From: Tubulanus polymorphus
Taxonomy: Eukaryota > Animalia > Nemertea
Assembly: GCF_964204645.1 (NCBI RefSeq)
Contig: NC_134030.1
Span: 17,878,210-17,942,209 of the forward strand
Direction: 5' to 3'
DNA length: 64,000 nt
Each line of letters begins with the position of its first letter. The first letter of the stretch is position 1. The notes under the pieces were generated by a model. It worked only from the letters and a program-made list of their open reading frames with translations. It was not told the origin of the DNA and made no database searches. Shown in pieces: positions 1 through 12,054 of this stretch. The translations under genes were made by a program, and so were the position numbers.

Positions 1-1937
1 TAATTATAATTGATGATGAAATAAATTACATTACATATATCATATCATGTCATTTTCTTTATCTTTCAATCGGACGACGGGGACGTAGAAATTAAAACTC
101 GAACAAAGTGTGAAGATGGGTTAGGTTGGTCGGTAAGGCTTACGCCATGTAGTACTTTTCAAACATGTTTGCAAGTCAGGTCCAAACGAATTTCCGTCGT
201 ACTAGACAAAGAGTTGAGATTATAATCAAATACAATGCAAGTTTAATTATTCACTAAATGTTATTTCATATTCAATTAATTAATCACAAAAATGATTGAT
301 AACATTCTCAGATCTAAGATTTTAATATTCACTTTTAATTAGTTCTGGATAATCAGATTTGATGTATGTTCCGAAAGCTGCAGCACTTTTCTGAATGAAT
401 TTTCTCAATAGTATTTGTTATTGGAGGATCTGAATAATTGCATCAGAATTAGAATTTAAAATATAGCTGCCAAGCAGCGATGACGGGTTTTCTGCAAAGC
501 CATTCAGAATGATGGGAATTGTAGTAAATTGAAATACCGATACATAAAATAAAATGCATTGACAGATTCGAACCTAATATGCAAACACTGTGTTAACGTC
601 AAATATGATTCAGCTTTGAAACCGAACATACGCGGACGTACAATCAACAAATATTAATTTATTTGACCAGGCATTTATTTTGGCATTCAAACATCATGAT
701 ACTGTATTATCACCATGCTTAAAAATGGATCTGTCCTATTAAGAACTCATCTTAAGCACCTGATGAGTCGATAGATTGAGTGAATTCACAGATAAGAACG
801 TATTGTGATTTAGAATAGATTTAAGAAGTTAATGTTTTTATTGAAATATTTGAATAAATACATATATAGTAGTGTAGATTCAATCAATAAATTATGAATT
901 GATTTGGTCTGGGTTTCCGGCTGATGTTGATTTTGGCTTTTATGGATTACAAATTCTATAGTGATAAACAATTGATACCTGCAACATGTGTGTAAATCAA
1001 ACCTATTCCACTAGTTGCGTGTGTTTCCTAATAAACGGGAAAGTCACTCTTGATCTGAGTTATTAGAAAAATAATGTTCATTTAGCTATAGAAATTCATT
1101 GCCTTTTTGGAAATTCTGTAATAATATTTGTTCTGTCCTAATTTTTATTACTGTATGAACCAATGATATGCTTTGTAAATATGATGTAATGAAATAAATT
1201 TGAATTTGAATTAAATTTATACATGAGAATCAAGCATAACTTGTGTTTTTTCGTCTTTTGTTCCAGAGTTTCAATTACAATCAAATCCAAATTGGCTAAA
1301 AAGTACATAGGACTAAATGAAATGAACCGTTAGTTACTGCAAACCTATTCCAGTGTTATGTCGATCGTGTTGAATCACTTTCCTTGAGTTAAAAGAATCA
1401 GATCTTCTATGGTACAACATCGGTCGAAGAGAGATATCTTGGTGTTGACGGTCCTTGACCATCTAACTTCATGCGTTTGACATTGGAATCAGCATCATAC
1501 CCATTTGAACTGCAAAATATTCATACAACATGAAAACCTACAGTACATGTATACAGTAATCAAACTTTCACCGATGTTGGATATTTGAATGAACATTAGG
1601 TTTATTTCAGTATTCTATAGGAGGAAATAATAAGCCCAATCAATAGGCCCTATTCCCATTGGAACAATTGTATAATGCGTACAGCTGTACCGTACACTTA
1701 TCAGTCAAGAATGGAGAAATCGGTATAGGTTAGCCGTATGTGAGTACGTTGACGCTCAGACTTGCAATATTGGGATTTGAAACCAAACGAAAAAAAAATC
1801 CAGTTATAGTCCGGTGATTTACCCACTGTGCCACAGAACGTAACTGCAGGGTGGATGAAATTTGATTTACAAATAGCCTAGCCTCACCTAACCCAAACTC
1901 TATTCTTTCACGCATGCGCGTTTGCAGATTATAGACC

Positions 1938-2135
1938 TAGGAACTCACGTACGGCGTTTTTAGGGAACTCACGAACGGTTAACCTGTGGATATCACCGTA
2001 CAGTCACGTACGGGTAACAACTTCGTATATACTTAAAATGGTATTGGCTACTAGGAACTCACGTACGGCGTTAGTAGGGAACTCACGTACGGTCACGTAC
2101 GGGTAACAACTATGTACTTAAAATGCTATTGGGTA
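1938..2135. repeat. Short imperfect tandem repeat (~113-bp unit) with GGAACTCACGTACGG motifs
   Basis: CTAGGAACTCACGTACGGCGTT at 1938 and 2051; GTCACGTACGGGTAACAACT twice. Confidence 0.6.
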
Positions 2136-2901
2136 CTATATAATAGGCCTATATATATAGACAAATAAATACCGGTAGGTAGGCTTTCTTGCTTAGCTTC
2201 CACACTTTACAACCGAACCAACTGACCAACCAGTATATTTATTCCCAGTACGCACCAACCGGCACAAGCCTAACACTGTTTGTCAACTGTGTTTACCGTA
2301 GTAGGCTATCGATAATCACCTGATACTTTTCTGTCGTTTGTTTTCTCTCTGAGTCGAACGTAATTCCTAATTCTAGTAGGCCTCCGCGACTCAACGACCT
2401 TGATTTAAACTTGATCAATTCAAAATCTGTTTATTGACGCTTTTGGTTACATGAACTGATCAGCAATATACTTAAATGAAATAACCGGAATAACAAGAAA
2501 TCAAAAATATTAAAGAGGTAACAAACAAATTCGCGTAAACCTGTCAGACACGCGAACGCCGGACTCGTAAACTCTTGGACTCGGACCCGCTGAGCAATAA
2601 ATTCATAAAATTGACTTTGAAATTGATTGTGGGGAAGAGAGGGAATTATTCGATAGCTCTTCCTCGAAAAGAAGAGAGAAATTTCTGAAAGAAAACACAA
2701 CATGGCTACTAATTGAACGGAGCCAAATTTCCGATGTTTACGGCTCGACAGTGCCTTTATAACGTGGATTTATCAACATTCCCATGCAGTATCTGGAGAT
2801 TGAAGTGAGCTGAAGGATATCATGCGGATTGTATCGGCGACAGCGGTAAGGTAAGGAAGCCTTTACACTTTTAACAAAAACTGTGTGGAAAAGGGAAAAA
2901 A

Positions 2902-3007
2902 AAATAATCACGCGAATTTCAATAGGGTTTTCTGTGAAGAAACAGAAAACCCTAATAATCACGCGAATTTCAATAGGGTTTTCTGTGAAGCAACAGAAAA
3001 CCCTAAT
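2902..3007. repeat. 51-bp tandem duplication containing the hairpin TAGGGTTTTCTGT-N6-ACAGAAAACCCTA (Helitron/Helentron-like non-autonomous repeat end)
   Basis: Two adjacent copies; related hairpins near 49015 and 55277. Confidence 0.55.
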
Positions 3008-3179
3008 TATGTATCTTATCTAGTTCGATCAGTTAATTCCTTATTCAGTGGCACGAAATCTCCGCGTATTACAAATGGTACTTTATTCTTATATTCATAT
3101 TTTTTTAATTTTGATTCATTATCTTTTTCTGTTGGTAAAGTTAATTTACAATAGTCATGATTATCACATAATTGCCGTA

Positions 3180-3236
3180 GGTATGTACGTATGTACGTGC
3201 ACGTACGTATGTACACGTACAAACACACGCACGCGC

Positions 3237-3289
<53 letters not shown>

Positions 3290-3295
3290 CACACA
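3180..3295. repeat. (CGTA)n/(CGCA)n/(CA)n microsatellite
   Basis: Read directly; replaces the segment equivalent to about 6560-6730 of the main element. Confidence 0.95.
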
Positions 3296-4382
3296 TAAAT
3301 CTTTTGATAGATATAAAGCATTTAATGTAAAATGTTTAATATTATCACCTTTTGTATTTGGTAATTTGATTAAATCAAATGCAGTTGTCTTTTAATTGTT
3401 GTCTCTTTCTATTATTTTATTCGAATATTTTTAATTGTAACAGGGTATCTGTCTATGTTATGTCTATTTTTAAACGGCATATAATTTGATAATCTAAAGC
3501 TATGTGTATTATCAGTTGCAGGATGTAGGGAACATATAATTGCTTATAGAAAACATTTATTATCTTCATTCTGTACGTTTATTAATGCATTAGTTTTAAG
3601 TGGTAATTTGATATAACTTGATGTTTCAATATCTGGATCTTTATAATATGATAAATTATCTTCGGATATTGGTTTCGATTTATTCAATTTATTATTTGTT
3701 TGTGTTATGAAACTTGTAATGTCAAAAATATTATCTTATCTAACACTAGACCTGATCCTTCAAAATGTGTCTCTTCAATTTTCTTTTTTACTTCTATATG
3801 AAATTTGATTAATCTACCATATATATGTTGTTTTGAAATAATATGTTGTGTTAATGAGAATTTATATTATACATGGGTTTATCTTCATATTTTAAAAATT
3901 TAACTTTAGCAGATATCCTAACATTTTCCATGTATGGTCTTTTATTATTTAATTCATTTTTTATCCTTTTAATTGTCCTTTGTTTTTCATTTTTATTATT
4001 ATCTAAATAATCTTCACCTAAAATATCATAAGTGATATTTCTAATATGATTTTTAGATTTTAAATCATGTTTATAATATCTTTTGTTACGGAATGATTGA
4101 TTACATGTAATACATATATTTCTTTTTCATTCTTCAATTCTTCTAATTTAGTTTCTAATATATCATCTGTATATTCTAATTTCAATTTATTTTCTAAGTG
4201 AGATTTAGTATTATTATATCTTGCTCTTTGAGATTTATCTATATTCATGTTACATGTTGGACAGTAGTACTTCTTATTTTCCTCCATTTAAATGACAGAT
4301 TTCTTATTAAAATTGATTCAGAAATATTATATAATATATGGATAAAAATTATATATATAAATATCACATATATAGATATTAA

Positions 4383-4807
4383 AGTACGTGTATATATCTT
4401 GTTTCATACCAGAGGTTGAAGGTTGACTGAGTTGAAAGAAAAAATGTAAAAAGTAATTTTAATTTCTAACTTTAACATATATTTGTAGTCGTGTGTATTC
4501 CTAGGTAATGATTAACAAAATAATTAATATTATTAGAATAGATTTAATTTTATATAAATATTATTCTGTTTGTGTATTGAAATTAAATCAATTGGGAGCG
4601 GAGCGTGCTCGTGGAGTGACCAATTGTTTTAATTTCAATATGCTTTGGAATTAAAATTATTAATATTTTAGAATAGATATATACAATATATTTAAAATTA
4701 TACAGGACTATGAATATATATTATATTAGAAATTAAAGTTACTTTTTATATTTTATATTTTTTCGACCGTTCGACCTCTGGTATGAAACAAGATATATAC
4801 ACTTACT
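4383..4807. repeat. ~425-bp imperfect palindrome forming the terminus of the second Polinton
   Basis: AGTACGTGTATATATCTTGTTTCATACCAGAGG at 4383 versus CCTCTGGTATGAAACAAGATATATACACTTACT ending 4807; central CAATTGG...CCAATTG stem. Confidence 0.85.
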
Positions 4808-4900
4808 TCTAATGCAATTGTTGATTTGAATGGAGCCTTCTTAGCCTTCTAATATATAGCTTGGCTTTTCGCTACTGCTTATCGAAAAATACGGGAGACG

Positions 4901-5476
4901 AGTAATAGGGGTAATAGGCTTTCATACCAAAGGTCGAAAGGTCGAGCCCATTAAAAAACAAAATATTAAAAGTAATTAAAAAACTATAATATATTTTCAT
5001 AACCGCGTGCATTTTATATCAAAACTAAATATTTATTCTAAGATATCAATAATATAAAAAGCATATTGTATTAAATCAATTGGTCGCTCCACTTCGCTAC
5101 CGCTCCGCTCCGCGACCAATTGATTTAATTACAATACACAAATTCAAATAATCAAATATATTCAAATGATAATAATTATTCTATTATTCAACTGAAATGC
5201 ACGCGGTTATGAAAATATATTATAGTTTTTTAATTACTTTTAATATATGTTATTAATGAACTCGATCATTAAACCTTTAGCTTGAAAGCCCATTACCCCT
5301 ATTACTCTTAAAATATTCACATAAATGAATAACATTTAAATCATTGAACTTCTAAAATCAATTTTAATAAAAAAATATAGTATTAAAATGGAAGCAAATA
5401 AGTACTACTGCCCAACATGTAATATCGATATAGATAAATCCCAAAAAGCAAGACACAATAAAACTAGAACACATTT
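4901..5476 (+). repeat. Left terminal inverted repeat (576 bp)
   Basis: Reverse complement of 23801-24375 with, by eye, one substitution and one 1-bp indel. Confidence 0.97.
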
Positions 5477-8400
5477 AGAGAATAAATTGAAATTAGAATA
5501 TGAAGATGATATATTAGAAAATAAATTAGAAGAATTAAAGGATGAAAAAGAAACATACAAATGTGATACATGTAATCAATCATTCAGTGATAAAAGATAT
5601 TATAAAGAACATTTAAAATCTATAAGTCATATTAGAAATAAGAATAATGATATTTTAGGTGAAGATTATTTTGATAATGATAACGATAAGAAACAGAAGA
5701 CAATTAAAAGAATAAAAAATAAATTAAACAATAAAAGACCATACATGGAAGATGTAAGAAATTATATTAATTCATTAGATAATAAAAAAGATATAGAGAT
5801 AACCGAAGCATTTAAAAGTGATATTGGTCCAGCAGCTATCGAGTTTAAATTTCATAAAGGTAAAACATTAGAAGAAAATAAAAAACATTTAGAAAATATG
5901 AAAGAAATAATAAAAATAATTACAAACGTAGAATATCCAAAAATTAGTTTATCAGTTAAAGTAAAGTTTATAAAATCTGAAGATAAACCAATATATAATA
6001 TAAATTCTCATTCACAACATATTATATCTAAACAACATATAGATGATAAATTAGATAAATGTTATAATGAAGTAAAAACTAAAATAGAAGAGAAATATTT
6101 TGAAGGATCTGGTTTAATATTTGATGAGATAATATTTATAACTTTACATGTTTATAACACAAAATAAAATAAGTTAACTAAATCAAAACCAATTGATGAA
6201 AATAATTTATCATATTATAAAGATGATAGTATAAATGGAACAAGTTATATTAAACTACCATTTAAAACTAATGCTGTAATAAATGTACAAAATGAAGATG
6301 ATAAATGTTTTCTATGGGCTATAATAAGTTGTTTACATCCAACAGAAGATATTACACATAGTTTTAGATTAACTCATTATAAACCATTTGAAAATAATTA
6401 TAAGATAGATAAGTATCCTGTTAGAATTAAAAACATCCCAAAAATAGAAAGAGATAATAATATAAAGATAAATGTATTTGATTTAATCAAATTACCAAAT
6501 ACAAAAGGAAATAGTATTAAACATTATACATTAGAACCTTTATACCTATCAAAAGATTATGATTCAAATGATTTTATAGATATATACTATATTATGAGAA
6601 TCATTACATGTGGATTAAACAAATCGATTTATTCTTTAGAACAGAAAGTGATCACCATAATAAAATATATCTATGTAGAAAATGTTTACATAGATTCAGT
6701 AATGAAAGTACATTATTAAATCATAAACAACTATGTGATAATCATGATTATTGTAAATTAGTTTTACCAAATGAAAAGGATAAAATATTAGAATTCAAAA
6801 ATATGATTACAAAAATAAAGTACCATTTGTAATATATGGAGATTTTGAATCATTAAATAAAGAATTAACAGATAAAGATAGAAAAGATATATATTATAAA
6901 AGAAAGAAATTAAATTCTAATGAAAGTGATTATTCAGAAGACCCACCAAAAACAAATACTATTAAAAAGATTCATCAATCAGCTGCAGCTTTCGGGTTAT
7001 ATATTAAATCTAATTATCCAGAACTAATCGAAAGTGAATATTATAATTATAGAAATGAAAATGTTATCAATCATTTTTGTGACTTATTAATTGAATATGA
7101 AATAAGATTTAGTAAATTATTGAATACAAATATAGAAATAATTATGACAGAAGAAGATAAAGAAGAATTTGAGTTTGCAGATAAATGTTATTATTGTGAA
7201 AAGATATTTAATTATATAGATAAAAAAGTAAGAGATCATGATCATTTGAATGGAAAGTTTAGAGGCGCTGCACATGAGAATTGTAACTTACAAGCTAAGA
7301 AAATTAACTTTGTACCAGTTATATTTCATAATCTATCGGGGTATGACGCGCATTTATTCATCAAACAGTTATGTCATAAAATAGAAGAAATCAATAATGA
7401 AATAGAAATATTAAATTCAAATAGATCAAAAGATAAAATACCAACTTATAAATTTAGAATGTTAGCTAAAACATCTGAGAATTATATATCTTTCCAATTT
7501 GGTTGTCTAAGATTTATAGATTCATATAGATTTTTAAGTAGTTCATTAGATAACTTATCAAAATCATTAGTTGATGATGAATTAAAGATATTAAAAGAAT
7601 ATTACCCAAATAATGATGATTTTCAATTAATGAGATATAAAGGAGCAATTCCATATTCTTTCTATAAAAATCATAATGATTTTAAAATAACTGAATTATT
7701 AAAAGAACAATTCTATGATGAATTAAAAAATGAATATGTTAAAGATGAAGTATATAATAGAACATTGAATATTTGGAATCATTTCAAAATAGAAAATCAT
7801 GGGCAATTAGTAGATTTATATTTAAAATCAGATGTATTATTATTAACCGATATATTCGAAAGGTTTAGAGATGTAAACCTAAAATATTTCAATATTGATC
7901 CTTGTCATTGTTATTCATCACCAGGATTAACATGGGATTGTGGATTAAAATTTACAGATATAAAAATGGATTTGTTAACAAATATAGATCAATTACTATT
8001 ATTTGAAAAATCTATAAGAGGAGGTGTTTCAGGTGTATTAGGTGATAGATATTTCAATGTAAATGATAATCCTGGATATAAATTATTATACATAGATGCA
8101 AATAATCTTTATGGTTGGGCAATGATGGAACCACAACCTTATGGGATGTTTGAAATAACTGAAGTTTTACAAATTGATAAATTTGATTGGAAGAAAAGAA
8201 TCCTAGATATTGCAGATGATTCAGATACTGGTTACTTCTTTGTTGTAGATTTAGAATACCCTGAAAATATTAAATTCAAATCTAGAAATCTAGCATATTG
8301 TCCCGAACATAAAACTGTTAAACATGAAGAATTATCAAATTATCAAAAAAGAATTAAACCCGATAATCATATTCATACTGAAAAGTTAATGGTAACTCAA

Positions 8401-9420
8401 GAAGATAAATATAATTACGTTGTGCATTATAGAATGTTGAAGTTTTATTTGAATCAAGGAATGATATTTAAAAAAGTACATAGATATATTTCATTCAGTC
8501 AATCTAAATGGTTAGAAAAATATATAGATTTTAATACTACACAGAGAACTAAATCTAAAACTGATTTTGAAAAAGATTTTTTTAAGTTAATGAATAATGC
8601 ATTCTATGGTAAGACTTGTGAAAACATAAGAAATAGAAATGATATCGAGTTAGTCAGTAATGGTAAAAGAATTAGGCATTTACAATCATATCCTAAGTTT
8701 ATAGGTAACAGAATATTTGATGAAAATTTAGCAGCAGTTAAAATGAAAAGAACTTCAATGAAGTTCAATAAACCTATTTATGTTGGTGCTGCAGTTCTAG
8801 AAATTTCAAAATTCCTAATGTATAAATTTTATTATAATATACTACAACCTCATTTTGGAGAAAAACACATAGAAATTCTATACTTTGATACCGACAGTTA
8901 CATATTAAAGATAAAAACTGATAACATAACAGATGATTTAAAAACATTAAAACACCATTTTGATTTTAGTAACTATCCTAAAGATCATGAATTGTTTAGC
9001 AATGATAATAAAAAAGTTCCCGGTAAATTCAAAGATGAATTAGGTGGTGAAGAAATGATAGAGTTCATTGGTATTAGATCTAAAATGTATTCATATAAAA
9101 CTAAAACTCATGAAGCTAAAAAGTTAAAAGGAATAACCAAAAGCGTTGTTGAAAAGAATATTCATTTTAAAGATTACATCAATTGTATATTTAATGAAGA
9201 AGTTAGAAAACATAAGATGAAATGTTTAAGATCTGAAGATCATGAAATGTATATTGAAGAGATAGAGAAGATAAGTCTAAACCCATTTGATGATAAACGA
9301 TATATATTAGATGATGGTATACACACAGTCGCCTATGGTTGCAATTTAGATGAATATATAAAATTCAAAAGAGAAGAAACAAAAGAAAATGAGATTATGA
9401 AAAGGATTCTAACGTGTTAA
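5388..9420 (+). pseudogene. pPolB: Protein-primed family B DNA polymerase with N-terminal C2H2 zinc fingers and an inserted endonuclease VII-like domain; disrupted in this copy
   Basis: One gene split by a TAA at 6165 and frameshifts near 6585 and 6800. Motifs: SYIKLP..INVQNEDDKCFLWA; ExoI VIYGDFES; CYYC..VRDHDHLNGKFRGAAHENCN; FHNLSGYD; motif A YIDANNLYG; motif B KLMNNAFYGK; motif C YFDTDS. Confidence 0.95.
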
Positions 9421-9448
9421 TCAATTTCAATAAAAATTTGTATAATAA

Positions 9449-9790
9449 ATGGAGAGTAAACAAGTACACAGTGAATTCTTAGATAGAATTAAAGATACTT
9501 CAAGCGTCAAATCTGTAGATTATAAATTTAAAAAGTTAACAGAATTAACAATTCACAAGAAATATTTAATTACTAACATTGAAACAATTACTAATAAATA
9601 TGGAGATAAATTAGTTATACACTTAGAATATGAAGGATTAAAAGGAAATAAATATAAATTCAGAACTTATTTACCAGATAGATTTCATAGATTATCAAGT
9701 GAAGATCTAGAAGAATTATGTTCTGGAGATTTCTATTTCGTATATTAAGGTAAGAATGAAAAAAGGCACCATGAAATAGATTTCGAATGA
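9449..9790 (+). CDS. Small conserved Polinton protein (possible OB-fold/ssDNA-binding); in-frame TAA at 9746
   Basis: FKKLTEL..Y.I..NKYG..TYLPDRF pattern; frame continues FVY*GKNEKRHHEIDFE to TGA at 9790; follows pPolB. Confidence 0.55.
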
Positions 9791-9807
9791 GAAAATATGT
9801 AAAATAA

Positions 9808-10556
9808 ATGGTAGAATTAAAAGAATACAGAATATTTGTTGATTCTAGAAAACTTACAAATTATAAATCACATAATTTATTAGTACAATTAGACAGAGAA
9901 TTCAAAAATTGTGTAGATTTAAAATTAGTTAATATAAGTTTATGTAATTCTTTTTATAATATATCGGATAAAACTTTTGAACATAGAGGGTTTATGATTT
10001 ATATGAGAAATAAAGATAAATGGTTTCATATATTTTTAAAACCAGGATTATATAATTTAGAATCATTAGCGCAGGAAATTAATAGAAGAGCTCGGTTGAA
10101 AATCGGGGGCACTTCTGTATTTGAAATTAAATTTAATATAATTGATAGTACTAATAAAATTAGAATAAAGATATCTAATGAACAACATAAATTTATGGTA
10201 AACAAACCACTAGCTAAAATGTTAGGAATTAAATCGCTTACAGTTACTGGAAACGCAGAAGGCAGCTCAAATATAATACCTTTTACACACTTTTATATTT
10301 ATTGCAATTTAATCGAGCCTACAAAAACTTTCGAAGCAACTAAAGAAACAATTTGTAGTTCTAGTATACTAAATATTTTACCGCTAAAAAATGTTAAACA
10401 ATTTGGAACTCAAATAAATTATAATTTAACAGAATGTGATTTTAAACCATGCATTCCTAAATTTAATAATTTTAAATTAGAAATCATAATGGATACTTAA
10501 TTGATTTAAATAACTTTCCTGTGATATATGAATTAGTTATAAGATGTAAAGAGTAA
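9808..10556 (+). CDS. Minor capsid protein (penton, single jelly roll); frameshifted C-terminus
   Basis: NSFYNI, PGLYNLESL, LAKMLGI, YIYCNLIE motifs; alternate frame ends NGYLIDLNNFPVIYELVIRCKE*. Confidence 0.8.
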
Positions 10557-10571
10557 TTTTTTGATATATAA

Positions 10572-10928
10572 ATGAATATAACTGTTGGACCGAGTATATG
10601 TTTTGGATTTGATTTTAAACGTGAGAAAGAAATGAAATTTAACATTAATGATGTAATAACACATATTAAAAATATTGCATTTTCTAATGAAACAACATTT
10701 GAGTATGAAACAACAATTGATAAAGAAACTTTAAATGTAGAAAAGATTACTAATTTAATTAGAGAATCTTTAAGATTTTATGAATTAGATGAAGATTTTA
10801 TCATCGATGATATTAAAAAAATAATAATTGAAATATATGATAATCATAAAACTAGTAATGAAATAAATGTTGAATTAATCATAAATAAGTTAACTAAATA
10901 TTTTGATGATAGTAATTTTTTTGATTAA
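10572..10928 (+). CDS. Hypothetical protein, 118 aa
   Basis: Intact ORF with TAAATG start inside the compact gene array. Confidence 0.7.
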   Translation: MNITVGPSICFGFDFKREKEMKFNINDVITHIKNIAFSNETTFEYETTIDKETLNVEKITNLIRESLRFYELDEDFIIDDIKKIIIEIYDNHKTSNEINVELIINKLTKYFDDSNFFD

Positions 10929-10931
10929 TAA

Positions 10932-11146
10932 ATGAGTGATAATTAGTGGATAATAACTGGATTATATAATGGCGCATTACTATCAGTTGGAACTGTTGGT
11001 TATTCAATGGTATTAAAAAAAGTATTCAAAATGGGAAGTGTTAATGTTGATAGATTTGATATAAATGATATTTTAAAGTTAACATTAGCAGATCTAATTT
11101 AACTATTGATTATTTGGAAAAACAAAAATATATTCCTCCCATATAA
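10932..11146 (+). pseudogene. Small hydrophobic Polinton protein (~70 aa), not in ORF track
   Basis: TAAATG start; MSDN*WIITGLYNGALLSVGTVGYSMVLKKVFK...DILKLTLA, then frameshift to TIDYLEKQKYIPPI*. Confidence 0.7.
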
Positions 11147-11171
11147 ATGCATAATTTTTTTTGCTAAATAA

Positions 11172-11584
11172 ATGGCTTCTGCAATTATAACTATTATAGG
11201 ATCAGCAATTGTTAACGCTTTAGCATTTACAGGTGGTGGTTATTTATTTAAACATATTGATAAAAATAGTTCATTAGGAGAACAAAGAAGACATAACTTA
11301 GCGTTAGAGAAATATAATAAAGCTGCAGAAGAATATAGAGAAAAAAGACAAAACTATATGGATTACATCAATAAAGAATTATATGATCAGAAGATTTCAC
11401 ATAGAGATTTTCAATCAGTTGATGATGCAATGAGTTTATATAACGCAGTAACAAATTACATCTATACAAACCTAAATTATCAGATTATTATACCCCAAGT
11501 AAAGAACAACAGAAATATGAAATAATTTGGATTTTAGGTGGAACTGTTATTGTTATATTTGTTGCTTATAAGTTTACTAATTAG
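11172..11584 (+). CDS. Membrane protein with N- and C-terminal hydrophobic segments; frameshift near 11455
   Basis: MASAIITIIGSAIVNALAFTGG...EQRRHNLALE; second frame KPKLSDYYTPSKEQQKYEIIWILGGTVIVIFVAYKF. Confidence 0.75.
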
Positions 11585-11603
11585 TAATTTTTATTCTAAA
11601 TAA

Positions 11604-12038
11604 ATGGAAGATAAAGTTGATAATATTGATATTATTCCTCATGATATAAATAAAACTAAATTAAAAACATATTTAGAAAAACAAATATTAGAATTTGAAA
11701 GTGACTTAAAAGTTAAAAAGAAAAAATATTTAAAAAGTAAAATTATATATTATTTGATTATAAGTGGTTCGGTTACAATTAGTTCTGTAATAACATTTCT
11801 AGCAATATTCAGTCCATTAACACCTTTAGCTATATCAATTGGTGTATTAGGATTAAGTTCAAGTGTTTTAACTGGTATAAGTTCAAAATTAAATATAAAA
11901 AGTAATAAAGAAAAAATTAAAACTAATATAAAAGAAATTAATAAATTAAAGAATACACTAGATTATATAATAAGTTTAAATGGTCATATAACAGTTGAAG
12001 AACAAGATAAATTATTAAAAGAATTAATAAATTATTAA
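11604..12038 (+). CDS. Two-TM-helix membrane protein, 144 aa
   Basis: Hydrophobic hairpin IIYYLIISGSVTISSVITFLAIFSPLTPLAISIGVLGL flanked by Lys-rich helical segments. Confidence 0.8.
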   Translation: MEDKVDNIDIIPHDINKTKLKTYLEKQILEFESDLKVKKKKYLKSKIIYYLIISGSVTISSVITFLAIFSPLTPLAISIGVLGLSSSVLTGISSKLNIKSNKEKIKTNIKEINKLKNTLDYIISLNGHITVEEQDKLLKELINY

Positions 12039-12054
12039 TTTTTTAATTATATAA

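Larger units (their letters stand above)
3005..4807 (-). mobile_element. Truncated, degenerate left end of a second related Polinton, inverted relative to the main element
   Basis: Minus strand encodes MEENKKYYCPTCNMNIDKSQRAR..., INVQNEDNKCFL and QLCDNHDYCKLTLP...NKVPFVIRGDF, collinear with 5388-6890; own terminus AGTAAGTG at 4807; interrupted by a microsatellite. Confidence 0.9.

Noticed and set aside
3048-3395. ORFs with RTHARTH/CVCV/YIYI runs (also 38284, 51945, 51955)
   Set aside because: Translations of microsatellites
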